Shown: positions 1 through 15,228 of the stretch, piece after piece
Layout of the letters: each line of letters starts with the position of its first letter
Position numbering within the stretch: the first letter of the stretch is position 1
Source of the DNA: Chrysomallon squamiferum
Lineage: Eukaryota; Animalia; Mollusca
DNA: 64,000 bases
NCBI GenBank assembly: GCA_012295275.1
Contig: CM022670.1
Span: 8,432,001 to 8,496,000 of the forward strand
Reading direction: 5' to 3'
Notes under the pieces: generated by a model
What the model saw: the letters and a program-made list of their open reading frames with translations, nothing else
The model's database searches: none
Told to the model about the DNA's origin: nothing
Program-made: the position numbers and the translations under genes

Positions 1-304
1 CAAATAATACTGAATAACATAAAACATAATAATCAATTAAATTAAATTAAATTTAATTAAAAATTAAATAAATAAATAAATACATAAAAGAATATATAAA
101 TAAATAAATAACATTAACCAAAACCACAGCACCGATAATAATGACAACAACAATAAAATAGTGACGATAAATTAAAAACAATACCATGTTCAGCAGGAAT
201 AAACTAATAATAAAATAACAACAATAACAGAAAATCAACAACAATAATAATAAAACAACATCCTATAATAAAAAATAGTATTAGTAATGGAAGTAGTAGT
301 AGTA

Positions 305-362
<58 letters not shown>

Positions 363-649
363 TAATAATAATAATGTATTAGTATTTGTTTGATCTATTT
401 TATAATCAGACAAACATCTAGTTGCTGGAGGCAAATGACCTGATGTTTTTAATCTTGGTGAAACCAGGCCCAGATAACCTTCTGGACGAGTGACCCAATA
501 AACTTTTGTACTTTTACTTCTAATATTTAAATATACACATCACGTATTTGTAGATCTTCACATTTCTGATATTTATATTAAATAATAGTAACAACAGCAG
601 CAATAACAACAATAACCACAAAAACAACAATAACAACTACAACATCAGC

Positions 650-683
<34 letters not shown>

Positions 684-1224
684 GTAATAATAATAATAAT
701 AATAATAACAATAATAATGTATTAGTAGTTGTTTTATCTGTTTTATCATCAGACAAACATCTAGTTGTTGGAGGTAAATGACCTGATGTTTTTAATCTTG
801 GTGAAACCAGGTGGAGATAATGTTCTGCACGAGTGAACCAATAAACTTTTACTTCTAATATTTAAATATACACATCACGTATCTGTAGGCCTTCACCTTT
901 CTGACATTTATATTAAATAATAATAATAATAATAATAATAATACTAATAATAGCAATAAAAATAATTTTAATAATAGCAGTAAAACCTTTTTTAATAATA
1001 ATAATAAAAGTAATAATAATAATAGAAATAATAATAGCAATTATGCTAATAATAATAGCTATAACAACAATAATAACAGCGATAATAACAACAGTAATAA
1101 TAATAAAAATAGTAATAATGATAATTATAATAAGAACAAACAACAACTACAACAACACTAATAATAATAATGATAAAAATTAACGACAACAACAACAACA
1201 ACAATAATAATAATAATAATAATA

Positions 1225-1272
<48 letters not shown>

Positions 1273-1492
1273 AAGAAGAAGAAGAAGAAGAAGAAGAAAC
1301 AACAATTACCCAAAAAGGTAATACAATACATAAACACACACATTCTTAATATCAATTTTGTCACGTTCAACTTTGAAAATTCAGGTGAATACCTTTTAGG
1401 CAAATCACAAACAATAAAAAAAAATTTCAGGTTTATAAATAACAGAGATCGCTATACACCTTTTACAGATGATATTCAGTTTAGTTAAAGAC

Positions 1493-1552
1493 ATGGATGT
1501 TTCGATCTTATTTCTACTTGTTTTTTCCCAGTCTCTATTTGTTTCGGCAACG
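1493..1552 (+). CDS. Signal-peptide (leader) coding exon of cassette A, MDVSILFLLVFSQSLFVSAT
   Basis: Acceptor tttcag|g at 1430/1431; ATG at 1493 (another in-frame ATG at 1469); 20 codons with hydrophobic core ending VSAT; donor ACG|gtaagt at 1552/1553 (phase 0). Conserved at 51174-51233. Confidence 0.8.
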
Positions 1553-1772
1553 GTAAGTTTTATCTTAGTTTTATGCTGTCTACATGTATATGTATATATG
1601 TATTTATGTATGTATGTATGTATGTATGTATGTTTGTATGTAAGCATATGTGTATATATGTATATATGTATGTATGTATGTATGACAAAAATATCATTTT
1701 TTCTTATGTACTAAGCAAAAAAATGTAGCAATCTTTAATAGAATTACTTCTTTCTCTTCTTTTTAAAAATAT

Positions 1773-1807
<35 letters not shown>

Positions 1808-3338
1808 TGAACTTGTAGATCATCGGGTGGCTTACTTTATCATTCAAGTAAACCCAAAAGTATGAATTAATTTTATTTGTTTATTATAAATATATTTTGT
1901 ATATACCGAAATGTTAGGAATCCTTATATCTGCGGAATTTATACTGGTATATTATATATGACAATGAATTTAGAAAAAATAATTATATAAAATGAAACCA
2001 TGGATAAAATACTTGACATGTTTCAAAAACATGATGTATAATGTAAATCATGTATCTGACATCTTTATCGCTTTATATATGTTCAAAGGAACATTTTGAT
2101 CATTTTTTTAAAGTATAAAATATATATATTTTTTTTAGGCAAGTTAGGATTAGAATATTAAAATTAATGTTGTCATTTAGACTAAAGACATCACATTATT
2201 AAGACGCATGCAGTCATTGCCTTATCTTTAGAAACTTCCCTAACTTAACCCATATTTCCTTTTCATGGAAGCATAAACATAGTGTGACTAAACTGGCAAA
2301 CTGCTTTGAAACATCCACAAATATACCTGTTTACGTGAGTGAAATATCGTTTTTATTATACCCCAAACAAACCCAAAGACACGAATGAAGCAAAAAAGTA
2401 GAAAAAACTAGCTGAGCCAGTTTCTAAAAATATGTCCAGTCACTGTGACATCGCTTGGCGATTGTTATGTTATTTTACAGCATGCGTTCAACGTTAATAA
2501 ACACATCGTCGCTTTGTGGAGATAAACTTAGAGATAAAAACACGGCAACTGGAAAACTGGTTGTTTGAGAAGAAGAATGATAAAGAATAAAAATAAAAAA
2601 TAAATCTTTCTGAATGACACTGCTTGTTGGTGGTGTAGAAGCTGATTACAGCAAACACTTCAGGCTTGAGCTAATTTTAAAGAAATGTGATTTGGTGGCC
2701 CGTTGAGCTAAAGAGTAAAACTTTATATCTGTCAGTCTAAATCCACCATTCTCTGTCTTTCTGTAAAAGTTTAAAGCGTTCTATAATTTTTGTTCCTTCA
2801 AAAATGAATATACAATTAGACCCACTCGCTAAGCACACTGGCAGAAAGAAAAAGAGTAAAGATTGCAACTACTTGAAAAGCTTGCAAATCTATCAGAAAG
2901 GTAGAAGAGAGGCAGACAAACAGACATGGATAATTGAAGACTTGCAAACTGATCACATAGATCGAGACACAAAAGACAGGATGAACAAGACAACAGGAAA
3001 ATTAAGTTGGATCTTACTGCTTCATTACAGTTTAATTTATTACCTTTCATTTGAATAATTTTGATTCTTGGATGTCAGTCACAGATTACTGCAGAATGTT
3101 GAGAGGAGAGCAAATGTGCATGCCCAGAAATCTTCTCTCGATTACGCACACAACATCGTATATAGACACACACAGACACAAAAAAAACAACAAAAAAAAC
3201 AACAACTAATTTCATTGGAGAAAAAATATTACGATTCACAGCTGGAAAGAGGGAGGTATAATATAACAATATTTTTAATATCGGTTTTCAGATATATAAT
3301 AGGACAAGGTTCTGTACACTACGTGAATACAGCTGGCG

Positions 3339-3398
<60 letters not shown>

Positions 3399-3621
3399 GC
3401 TATATTAACAATAATATTGAAAGTACGCAATTTCAATTCAATTGAATAAAAATAAAAAGCGCGGATATGGCTGAAGTAACAAATTTCGTTACGCAATTTC
3501 AAGTCAGTAGTATAACAATAAAAGAAGTGGATGTAATTAAGTACAATTTGTTACGCAATCTGAATTCAGTGACATGAGTCACGTCACTATTTCTCGAAAA
3601 AGGACCCGGATGTCTCTATAC

Positions 3622-3666
<45 letters not shown>

Positions 3667-3899
3667 CTAGTAGATACTGGACGACATTAGGGACTGTTGC
3701 ATAATACAGCTCTCATGGATGTAAGGCTGATATTTATACTGGTTATATCACACTTAGGTTTCTCTCAAGAAACAGTAAGTACTAGTTTATATTGTACGTT
3801 ATAATCAATAATATGTGTGTAAGTGAAAAACTATTTAGAAAGTATCCTTTCTACAAAAAATCTATAAAATATTGTGACATTTAATAACAATAAATTTGT

Positions 3900-6030
3900 A
3901 GAAACAAATACAATTCAAAAATCTATTTAAAACTATTTTAAACATATCGTTTCTCAAAGTTTGTAAAAAAAAGTAACATTTCAAAAAAAGCATTAAAATA
4001 ATTCGTAAAAACATGAAAACCTTTATAAATATCTTAAAACATTTCCGTACGTTTTTATTGAATTAATTCGTAAATCCTTTGGATAGGCGTATTATTCCGA
4101 AAAATCGCTTAGAGACTAAAATGTCTTTTATACTTCGGTTTTTTTCTGTAAGCTATGACGGGTCGTGCTGTTAGTGGATTTTTCATAGTAGTCTGCAAAT
4201 AAAAATATTGCTCCTTCATAATTTTATCAACATCAACGTGACGGCGATTTTAAATTATTGGTAAAATTATGTTATCTCTCTCTTTACGTTTGCCCGAGTC
4301 AACATTTATTCCAAATGGTTTTGGGGTTTGTAACGTGCGAATCCGAAACGCTTCTCGTTCAAGTCTAAGACGGTGAGTTTCAATTTTTGACTCTAGAATG
4401 GGCGTTGGTTCTATTGGGATTATTTCAAAACGATCCTCCAATATATGACCAGGTAGATTAAAATGTTTGGCGACAGGAATGTCAACTTCATGCCTAATAT
4501 CGTATTTGTGACAAGCAGTTCTAACTCGTAACATACTTTGTGTTTGGACGACATACTGTTTTTTGCACAAGCTGCATATTGTCAAATACAAAACATTTTT
4601 GGAATCGCAGTCTAGGTTAGTTCGGATCTGATATTCATTTTTTGTTTTCCGCTCCTGAGATTTTATTATGTTGTGAAGCCTGCATCTGGTCTTTTTGGAG
4701 ATCGATGTAGATCCGGTACCCAAGACAGGTGGAATATTATGTTGGATTTTATATGGTTTGAATGTGTCTGTTGGATGCAAGTGTTTTCCTAATTCTTTGA
4801 CGATTTCAGATTTAACTTTCCTGAGCACTCGATTTTAGAGCGCAAAATTGAACTGAACAGGCATTGTTAAAATGTTCTTTGTTACTCGAATTTCTGTGGA
4901 ACCTAATGACTTGAGATTTAACGATATCTTTAAATGTATGATGGGGATGAAATGATTTAAAATGCAGCAGTTGGTGCGTTTAAAAATACTTTATAATCTA
5001 AATAATTTGATTTTTCAAACTGTATACTTTGTAAATGGTTACATCCGATACGTCTACCGTTTGATTTGATATTGTGGCTTAAAGTTTTATATTATCATTT
5101 AATAATTTAAAATATATCGATAATTCGTCTTCAGAATGCTGCCAAATAATAAGAATGTTATCTAGATATCGGAGATATAAAAATGGTTTCATGGTTGCTG
5201 TGTTTAGTGCCGCTTCTTCCTATTCTGCGATATAAATGGAGGACAACAATAAATGGGCTGAAACGCTTGCCCATGGCGCACAACAAACCTGCTGATACAT
5301 TTCCCCGACATATTCAAAGTCATTGCCCTTTAAGCTTAATTCAAGTAATTCACTAATGCTTTCTGTTGATCTGTCTGTATCTGGATATTTTTCGAACGCT
5401 GTCTCAACTGATTCTATGCCCGCATCTCTGATTATGTTAGTGTACATGGAATCAGTATCCAGGGTGACTGAAAAGGAGTTTGGTGCTATTTTTGTTCTAG
5501 ATATTTTAGATGAAAAATCATCTGTATTTTTAACAAAACTAGCATGTCAATATGCAGTTGGTTTTAAATAAGAGTAGTGACTTAATATCTCTTCATGTTT
5601 CAGGTGCCTTGTGTATCTTTGGGAGTAAATAAAATTTCTAGACTGAGAATCAAATCGTGATGCAAGATAGTTCGTCTGTTTTTTTTATTTATATGATCCT
5701 TTTCCTATAGACGAACAATAATTGTGGTGAATTTATTTTTATTGGTTGGCCAAATGGCTTCGTCCAATTTTTTTTTTAAATAATATTTCGTATTATTAAG
5801 TTGTGTGTGGGCTTCGCTGGTGTAATTTTCCCTTGATAAAATAAGAGTTGCTGATCCGTTGTTTGCGTATACTTTTCTCTAAGTTTTAAAGATCTCGCGA
5901 TCAATTTTTGAATTATCGGGTGTCCAACCGGAATTTTCTATTAATGGCATTTTTTCTTCACTTGAGTTTCTAAAATAACCGACTAGTTTCATCTTATATT
6001 GCTTGGAGTGAGGGCGAATGGATTATTGGG
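3900..6030 (-). mobile_element. Decayed Penelope-like retroelement (RT plus GIY-YIG endonuclease) in intron 1
   Basis: ORF 4250-4828 has CDSKNVLYLTICSLCKKQYV..TQSMLRVRTACHKYDIR and REAFRIRTLQTPKPFGIN (Penelope GIY-YIG). 5150-5450 has RT motifs LELSLKGNDFEY..MYQQV and PFLYLRYLDNI. Many stops and frameshifts; boundaries approximate. Confidence 0.85.
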
Positions 6031-6243
6031 CAACCTTTTTTTTCGGAGTTCATGGTTAAATCACTCCATAGAAAATGTTACAGATAATATGTATAGTCCA
6101 ACGCTTATGTTTTAACTAATCCTGATGAAGAGCACAATAAAATGTGCACAATAAAGTGATATAAATATTATCTCTTTATACATTAAGTGTAGTATGCATA
6201 TATATATATTCGCATCTAAATTAATATATTTTATTACTTACAG

Positions 6244-6259
6244 GTGAATAACAACAATG
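6244..6259 (+). CDS. 16-nt microexon V (VNNNN+1 nt), phase 0 to 1 adaptor
   Basis: ttacag|GTGAATAACAACAATG|gtaagt. Joins the phase-0 leader in frame to phase-1 modules. Identical copies at 16607-16622, 26029-26044, 38229-38244 and 56077-56092. Confidence 0.8.
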
Positions 6260-6753
6260 GTAAGTTTCTATTTAATTACTTAACTTCAGTTGGAAAAGTA
6301 ATACATGGTTATTGAATAGGTTTGACCTTATCGTAACTATTATCTCAGTATCTTATGCTAAAATTATTAGTACATTATCTTATCTTACCTTATCTTCTGT
6401 TATCTTTTCTTATCCTATTCTGTTGTGTCAAATGTATTTTAACCGACCAAACGTTATCTATTGCTTCCTCCCATTTTATGTTATCATGGCTTATTTTATC
6501 ATGTAATTTACCTGATTTTATTTTACTTTGTGTTATTATTATCAGAATCATCATCATTATCATTATCATCTGCGTTATCATCCTCATCTTCTTCATCTTC
6601 ATCATGATAATCACCATCGTCCTCCTTCTTCCCCTTCTCCCCCTTCTCCCTCTTCATTCTTCTTTTTCTTCTTGTTTTTTGGTTTTCCGAGTGTTATCTT
6701 TGTTCAAATGTAATAAAATATATTGCTTATAATTATATAAAATTATTTTTCAG

Positions 6754-6870
6754 ATCTTCCCAGAAAATCTTGTACGAGATATTGTTCTGGTTCATATAAA
6801 ACAGGAGCTAAATGTATTAATGGATTCTGTGAGTGCAACAAAGTCGGATACAACAAATATACCTGTTTAC
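6754..6870 (+). CDS. 6-Cys EGF/EB-like module exon C1 (DLPRKSCTRYCSGSYKTGAKCINGFCECNKVGYNKYTCL)
   Basis: 117 nt, tttcag|...|gtgagt, phase 1-1, spacing C-x3-C-x9-C-x4-C-x-C-x9-C. Copies at 28289-28405, 56534-56650 and 62982-63098. Confidence 0.85.
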
Positions 6871-7333
6871 GTGAGTGAAATATCGTTTTTATTATGCTGG
6901 TAGGAGGGGAAACACCAAATAAACCCAATGACAACAATGATGCAATAAAATAGAAAAACTAGTTGAGCCAGTTACTAAAAATATGTCCAGTCATTGTGAC
7001 ATCTCTGTATATTTTTATTATTATCATTTTTGTTGTTGCTGCTGTTGTTGATATTGTTATTATTCATATTCATATTATTATTATTATTGTTGTTGTTGTT
7101 ATTATTGTTGTTGTTGTTATTATTGTTATTATTATTATTACTGTCATTATTATTGTTATTATTTTTACTATTACAACTATTATATAAAAAACAAAAGCTA
7201 AAATAACAAAAGCTAAAATTAATTAATAGTAACAGTCATTTGTGTGATCGTAAACTACATCAAGGAATTATGCACCGGTTGTTGACCTAGTACTATTTTT
7301 TATATTTTATTTTTTTATTGATAATTTATTTAT

Positions 7334-8030
7334 TTACGAGTTTAATTCGTTCCGTGACCCAGTTCATAATTAAAATTGCTCGTATATCAAACCAATTTTC
7401 CCAACTGAAATACCATTAATCTGTTCCAGCCCCCAAAAGCTAGTCCATTTTGTTCTAGTGCGTGTTTTTAGTTAAGAAAAATGTATTTATAAATGACAAA
7501 TGTTGTATAAAAATAAAAGTTAAGAGAATGCAAAGAAATAAATTGGTTTTATCTTGGAGATGAGGCAAATTATTTTAACGCCTTTGGCTGAGTAACAACC
7601 TTTATCGACTCCTTCTGCTTTAGTACGGTACTACGCTAGCACTGCCTAGCCAAGTGGACTATATGCACACCTAGCTCATGTTTCTCTATGATTTCACGCT
7701 TTAATTCAATGGATATCATCCGCGTTTTCTTCTGAGCACTGTCCTTTGTACTCACTTTCTTACGATCCATGGTCAAAAAAAAAAACTTGGCCAAATATTG
7801 CACAAAACGGGAAAACAAAACAAAAGAGATGCTTCCGCGGCGACGTAACGACGGGAAGTAAACGAATCAGAAGAGGGACGCTGGACAAATGTTGTGTTGT
7901 TCGTTGCACCAACTAGAGCTCATTCGTAACACGGATTTCGGCTCGCAAATCAAAGCAAAAAATCGTAAAGCGATTGCTCGTAACTCGATAAACTCGTAAT
8001 CTGGGGCACTCGTAAGTCAAGATATCACTG
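7334..8030 (-). mobile_element. Tigger/pogo-family non-autonomous DNA transposon
   Basis: Relic MDRKKVSTKDSAQKKTRMISIELKREIIEKHELGVHIVHLARQC (CENP-B-type N-terminal HTH of Tigger transposases). Right end actcgtaagtcaagatatcactg followed by TA; left TIR partly lost. Confidence 0.8.
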
Positions 8031-8305
8031 TATTTTATTTTTTGCATATTTTCTGATGGTAATTTTTTCTATGAAAATAATTCACTTAAAATGTATTTGA
8101 ATAGAAATAGGAAATTTGAAAGTGATAAATATTCACCATAACTGTTTTCTAAAATTATTCTTTAACCTTCCGGTATTTATCAATCATTCTATCGTTGTTT
8201 ATTTGGTTCTTTAATTTTTCCAACACTCAGTTTCCTCTTCTTTTTCGGTTTTTCTAGAAGAGAAAAATAAATTCTGGACAAATGCTTTAATACGAGAGAC
8301 TACTA

Positions 8306-8505
8306 NNNNNNNNNNNNNNNNNNNNNNNNNNNNNNNNNNNNNNNNNNNNNNNNNNNNNNNNNNNNNNNNNNNNNNNNNNNNNNNNNNNNNNNNNNNNNNN
8401 NNNNNNNNNNNNNNNNNNNNNNNNNNNNNNNNNNNNNNNNNNNNNNNNNNNNNNNNNNNNNNNNNNNNNNNNNNNNNNNNNNNNNNNNNNNNNNNNNNNN
8501 NNNNN
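8306..8505. other. Assembly gap (200 N)
   Basis: Run of N. The paralogous position (~58108) continues into a B exon, so missing exons are likely here. Confidence 0.99.
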
Positions 8506-8763
8506 ATGTATTCAGTTATAATAATAATAATTAGTAGTAGTAGTAGTATATGTAGTAATATTTGTATTATTATTATTATTACTACTATTATTGATAAGGT
8601 TATAATTATTTTGTTGTTGTTACTGTTATTATAATTACATGTATTGTTATTAGTAAATATCAATAACTAAATATTAAATATCAATAAGTCATTCATTTTA
8701 AAGTGTATTTTATCTAAACACTGCATTTATTTCTGACTGTATGTACTATTATTCTTATGACAG

Positions 8764-9432
8764 AACCAAGCTCTACAAGAACATCAGCAACTCCAGGTAT
8801 TTATTTGAAAACTATCTCTCAGTTAGACACACACACTCTCTGTCTTTCTCTCTCCTTTTCATTTCTCTTCCTCTATCACTCTCTCTCACTGTCTCTCTTT
8901 CCATCTGTTTTTCTTACACATGCAGTCTCATATTGAAAGTATGCATGTCAGTGTATGTATGTATGTATGTATGTATGTATCTGTATGACAAGTTTTTATT
9001 TTAAAACTATCTCTTAGTGAGAAAAATACATTAGCAACATAAATATGTATGACTAATTTGAAAAAAAACATTCATAGAAACTGTGGATAAAACAAAAATT
9101 TGAAAATAAGAAATAAAAGATTGATTAACTGTAAACGAACAAATAAATTCCAAGTTTGAGTGTATTACATTTTATTCTACATACCCTAGTACATTTTAAC
9201 ACCGACCTTTCAGAAACAGTATATACAAGCTGGAACGGTAAATATCTCAATGGTAATTCGGTATTCTTTTAGATCATTTGATGTTTCATAATCTTTTTAC
9301 ATTAAGCATTTACTCGTCTTAAAATATATTTATTTTATTTCATTTTTCTATTATTTTTTATTTTCTGTTTTAAAAGTTGTAATATATATTTTATCATTAA
9401 GATTTGAAAAAGATTGAAATATAATTTTTAAT

Positions 9433-9463
<31 letters not shown>

Positions 9464-11482
9464 CTAACACAGATGTTAAAGTATAGCAAACAACACATAA
9501 TTAGTGTATATACATTTTGTTCTTGTTTTGTCTTCTGTTATCTTAATCTGTTGTGCCAAATGTATTTTATCTGACAAAACTTTATCCATTACTTCTTACT
9601 GTTTTATGTTAAAATGACTCATTTTATCATGTAATTTACCTGATTTTACTTTGCTTTTGTGCTTTTATTATCATAATCATCATCATTATCATTTTCATAC
9701 CTACCATCATCATCTATGTATTCAGTTATAATAATAATAATTAGTAGTAGTAGTAATATATGTAGTAATATTTGTATTATTATTATTATTACTACTATTA
9801 TTGATAAGGTTATAATTATTTTGTTGTTGTTACTGTTATTATAATTACATGTATTGTTATTAGTAAATATCAATAACTAAATATTAAATATCAATAAGTC
9901 ATTCATTTTAAAGTGTATTATATCTAAACACTGCATTTATTTCTGACTGTATGTACTATTATTCTTATGACAGAACCAAGCTCTACAAGAACATCAGCAA
10001 CTCCAGGTATTTATTTGAAAACTATCTCTCAGTTAGACACACACACTCTCTGTCTTTCTCTCTCCTTTTTATTTCTCTTCCTTTCTCACTCTCTCTCACT
10101 GTCTCTCTTTCCATCTGTTTTTCTTACACATGCAGTCTCATATTGAAAGTATGCATGTCAGTGTATGTATGTATGTATGTATGTATGTATCTGTATGACA
10201 AGTTTTTATTTTAAAACTATCTCTTAGTGAGAAAAATACATTAGCAACATAAATATGTATGACTAATTTGAAAAAAAACATTCATAGAAACTGTGGATAA
10301 AACAAAAATTTGAAAATAAGAAATAAAAGATTGATTAACTGTAAACGAACAAATAAATTCCAATAAAATATATTTAATTTTATTTTACCTTGCTTTGTGC
10401 TTTTATTATCATAATCATCATCATTATCATTTTCATACCTACCATCATCATCTATGTATTCAGTTATAATAATAATAATTAGTAGTAGTAGTAATATATG
10501 TAGTAATATTTGTATTATTATTATTATTACTACTATTATTGATAAGGTTATAATTATTTTGTTGTTGTTACTGTTATTATAATTACATGTATTGTTATTA
10601 GTAAATATCAATAACTAAATATTAAATATCAATAAGTCATTCATTTTAAAGTGTATTATATCTAAACACTGCATTTATTTCTGACTGTATGTACTATTAT
10701 TCTTATGACAGAACCAAGTTCTACAACAGCATCAGCAATTCCAGGTATTTATTTGAAAACTATCTCTCAGTTAGACACACACACTCTCTGTCTTTATCTC
10801 TCCTTTTTCGTTCTCTTCCTTTCTAACTCTCTCTCACTGTCTCTCTTTCCATCTGTTTTTCTTAAACATGCAGTCTCATATTGAAAGTATGCATGTCAGT
10901 GTATGTATGTATGTATGAATGTGTGTATCCCTATGACAAGTTTTTATTTTAAAACTATCTCTTAGTGAGAAAAATACATTAGCAACATAAATATGTATGA
11001 CTAATTTGAAAAAAAACATTCATAGAAACTGTGGATAAAACAAAAATTTGAAAATAAGAAATAAAAGATTGATTAACTGTAAACGAACAAATAAATTCCA
11101 ATAAAATATATTTAATTTTATTTTACCTTGCTTTGTGCTTTTATTATCATAATCATCATCATTATCATTTTCATACCTACCATCATCATCTATGTATTCA
11201 GTTATAATAATAATAATTAGTAGTAGTAGTAATATATGTAGTAATATTTGTATTATTATTATTATTACTACTATTATTGATAAGGTTATAATTATTTTGT
11301 TGTTGTTACTGTTATTATAATTACATGTATTGTTATTAGTAAATATCAATAACTAAATATTAAATATCAATAAGTCATTCATTTTAAAGTGTATTATATC
11401 TAAACACTGCATTTATTTCTGACTGTATGTACTATTATTCTTATGACAGAACCAAGTTCTACAACAGCATCAGCAATTCCAG
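8764..11482 (+). repeat. Tandem array of four 33-nt mucin-like microexons (EPSSTRTSATP x2, EPSSTTASAIP x2), each in a duplicated intron unit
   Basis: gacag|AACCAAGYTCTACAA...CCAG|gtattt at 8764, 9974, 10712 and 11450; spacings 1210, 738 and 738 bp; phase 1-1. Confidence 0.85.
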
Positions 11483-12230
11483 GTATTTATTTGAAAACTA
11501 TCTCTCAGTTAGACACACACACTCTCTGTCTTTATCTCTCCTTTTTAGTTCTCTTCCTTTCTCACTCTCTCTCACTGTCTCTCTTTCCGTCTGTTTATCT
11601 TATACATGCAGTCTCATATTGAAAGTATGCATGTCAGTGTATGTATGTATGTATGTATGAGAAGATTTTCTTTTAAAACTATCTCTCTGTGAGACAAATA
11701 CATTAGCAACATCAATGGGTATGACTAATTTGAAAAAACAAAAACATTCATAGAAATTGTGGATAAAACAAAGATTTGAAAATAAGAAACAAAAGATTGA
11801 TTACCTGTATAACACAAATCAATTGCAAGTTTGAGTGTATTACATCTTATTCTATATACCCTAGTACTTTTTAACACCGGCCTTTCATAAATAATACATA
11901 GTGTTTATATGGGAAATATCTCAGTGTTAATTCCGTATGCTTTGTAAGATCATATGACGTCTTTAATAATCTTTTTCTGTTAAGTATTTGGTCGTGTTAA
12001 AATATGTTTATTTTATTTCATTTCATTGTATTATTATTCTATTTTCTGTTTTGAAAAAGAATATGAGACAAAAAGATTTGTGACAGCGATTTCTTAATTC
12101 ATGTTCAATTATTTATTAACAAATATATAAAATATTTCACATTACAACAAAACATACGTTTTGTAAACAAATAGAAATTTTTCACATGATACCGAAGAAA
12201 TGATTGAAACAATCATTTATTTTATTTCAG

Positions 12231-13018
12231 TGACAAACTGTCTGAATTCAAAAAAGACTGCTGGGTGCAGCACAATTTTCAGTTTGATGATAACTGGAAC
12301 GACTGTCATGGAGAACAATACGTGAGAAAAACCACTTACGAAGTTGGGAAATATGTTGGAGTAGTTCTGTGTTCATCTACCAGGTATTCATGTGTATCTC
12401 TCTAAATCTGTCTCAGTCTCGATGTCTCTTGGCTATGACATACATACACAAACGTACACGCACACATGTGCAGATCCAATATTCTGACCACTACAGTTGT
12501 ATTTTGCAGATATAAGCTGTTTTTGTCTGATTCGCTCAGTGACCGTTTTCTCAACATCGGAGACGGCAGTGGACATGGTCAGGATCATTGTGAGTTTATA
12601 GGAAGCAAAAATGATGCAACTTCTATAGACAGGAATTTCTGGAATTCGCCAGGAACTACAGGTCAGAATTTCTTTAAAAAAAACATTTTAAGAGGCACAT
12701 TTCCTTTAGAAACCTTTCTTAAATTGTTACAAATTGTCTGAAAACAGTAAAACAGAATTATTTTAAAGGGTGTCTGTAATTTATATTTGGGTGTAAACCG
12801 AGATTTATTGATCACAACATATGATAAATGTAATTCTGATTCAGTTCTTTATATCGTTTTAGGATACATACGATCAAGGCGTGGTGAAACGCCTGCCAAA
12901 GGCAGAATTGGTGGAGGCACGGGATCCTCGTGGACTGGAAATTATTATGGAAAATGGATAGAATGTGGAGTCAGGATTCCAGGAAACAGCAGAGTGGTAT
13001 TATGGTCTGGTAGAAAAG
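12231..13018 (+). pseudogene. ABI3BP(TARSH)/FNDC1 C-terminal-like domain, 3 exons, +2 A frameshift near 12250
   Basis: [58 protein letters not shown]...GYIRSRRGETPAKGRIGG...WIECGVRIPG. First exon is 153 nt versus 151 nt in the other full copies (6 A versus 4 A). Confidence 0.75.
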
Positions 13019-13525
13019 GTAATTCGTCTTTTCTTAAACCGTCTTGTTTCTAACATCGATTTTTCATAAAGAATATATACAAGCTGGAATGGGAAATATC
13101 TCAAAAGTAATTCGGTATGCTTTTATATTAAACATTTGTTCGACATAAAACATATTTATTTTATTTAAGTTCATTCTATCTTGATTAATTTTCGGTTTTT
13201 AAAAGTTGTAATATATATTTTATAATTAAGATTTGAAAAAGATCGAAAAATATATATATATATATATATATATATTTTAATTAACACAAATACTGAAGTA
13301 CAGCAACCTACACGTAAGTAGCATGTGTAAATTTTCTTCTTTTATTTCTTGCATCTATTGTTCTTGTTCTTCTTCTTCCTCTCCTTGTTCTTGTTGTTCT
13401 TATTATTATTATTGTTCATAATGTTATTATTATTATTAAATATTAATACATGATAAATTAAATGCAGAATTCTATTTGAAGACTGTATTTATTTCTGACT
13501 ATATTTACATTTATTCTTTTTACAG

Positions 13526-15228
<1,703 letters not shown>

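Noticed and set aside
53-1403. Poly-L/I/N and other low-complexity ORFs here and throughout (e.g. 13701-14020, 33457-33664, 47630-48048)
   Set aside because: Translations of AAT, AAC, CT, TATG and CA microsatellites, with no splice or domain support.
6244-6259. V microexon as a 5' UTR exon ending in the start ATG
   Set aside because: ATG at the exon end would give a phase-0 donor, out of frame with the downstream phase-1 modules; reading VNNNN+G fits both neighbours.
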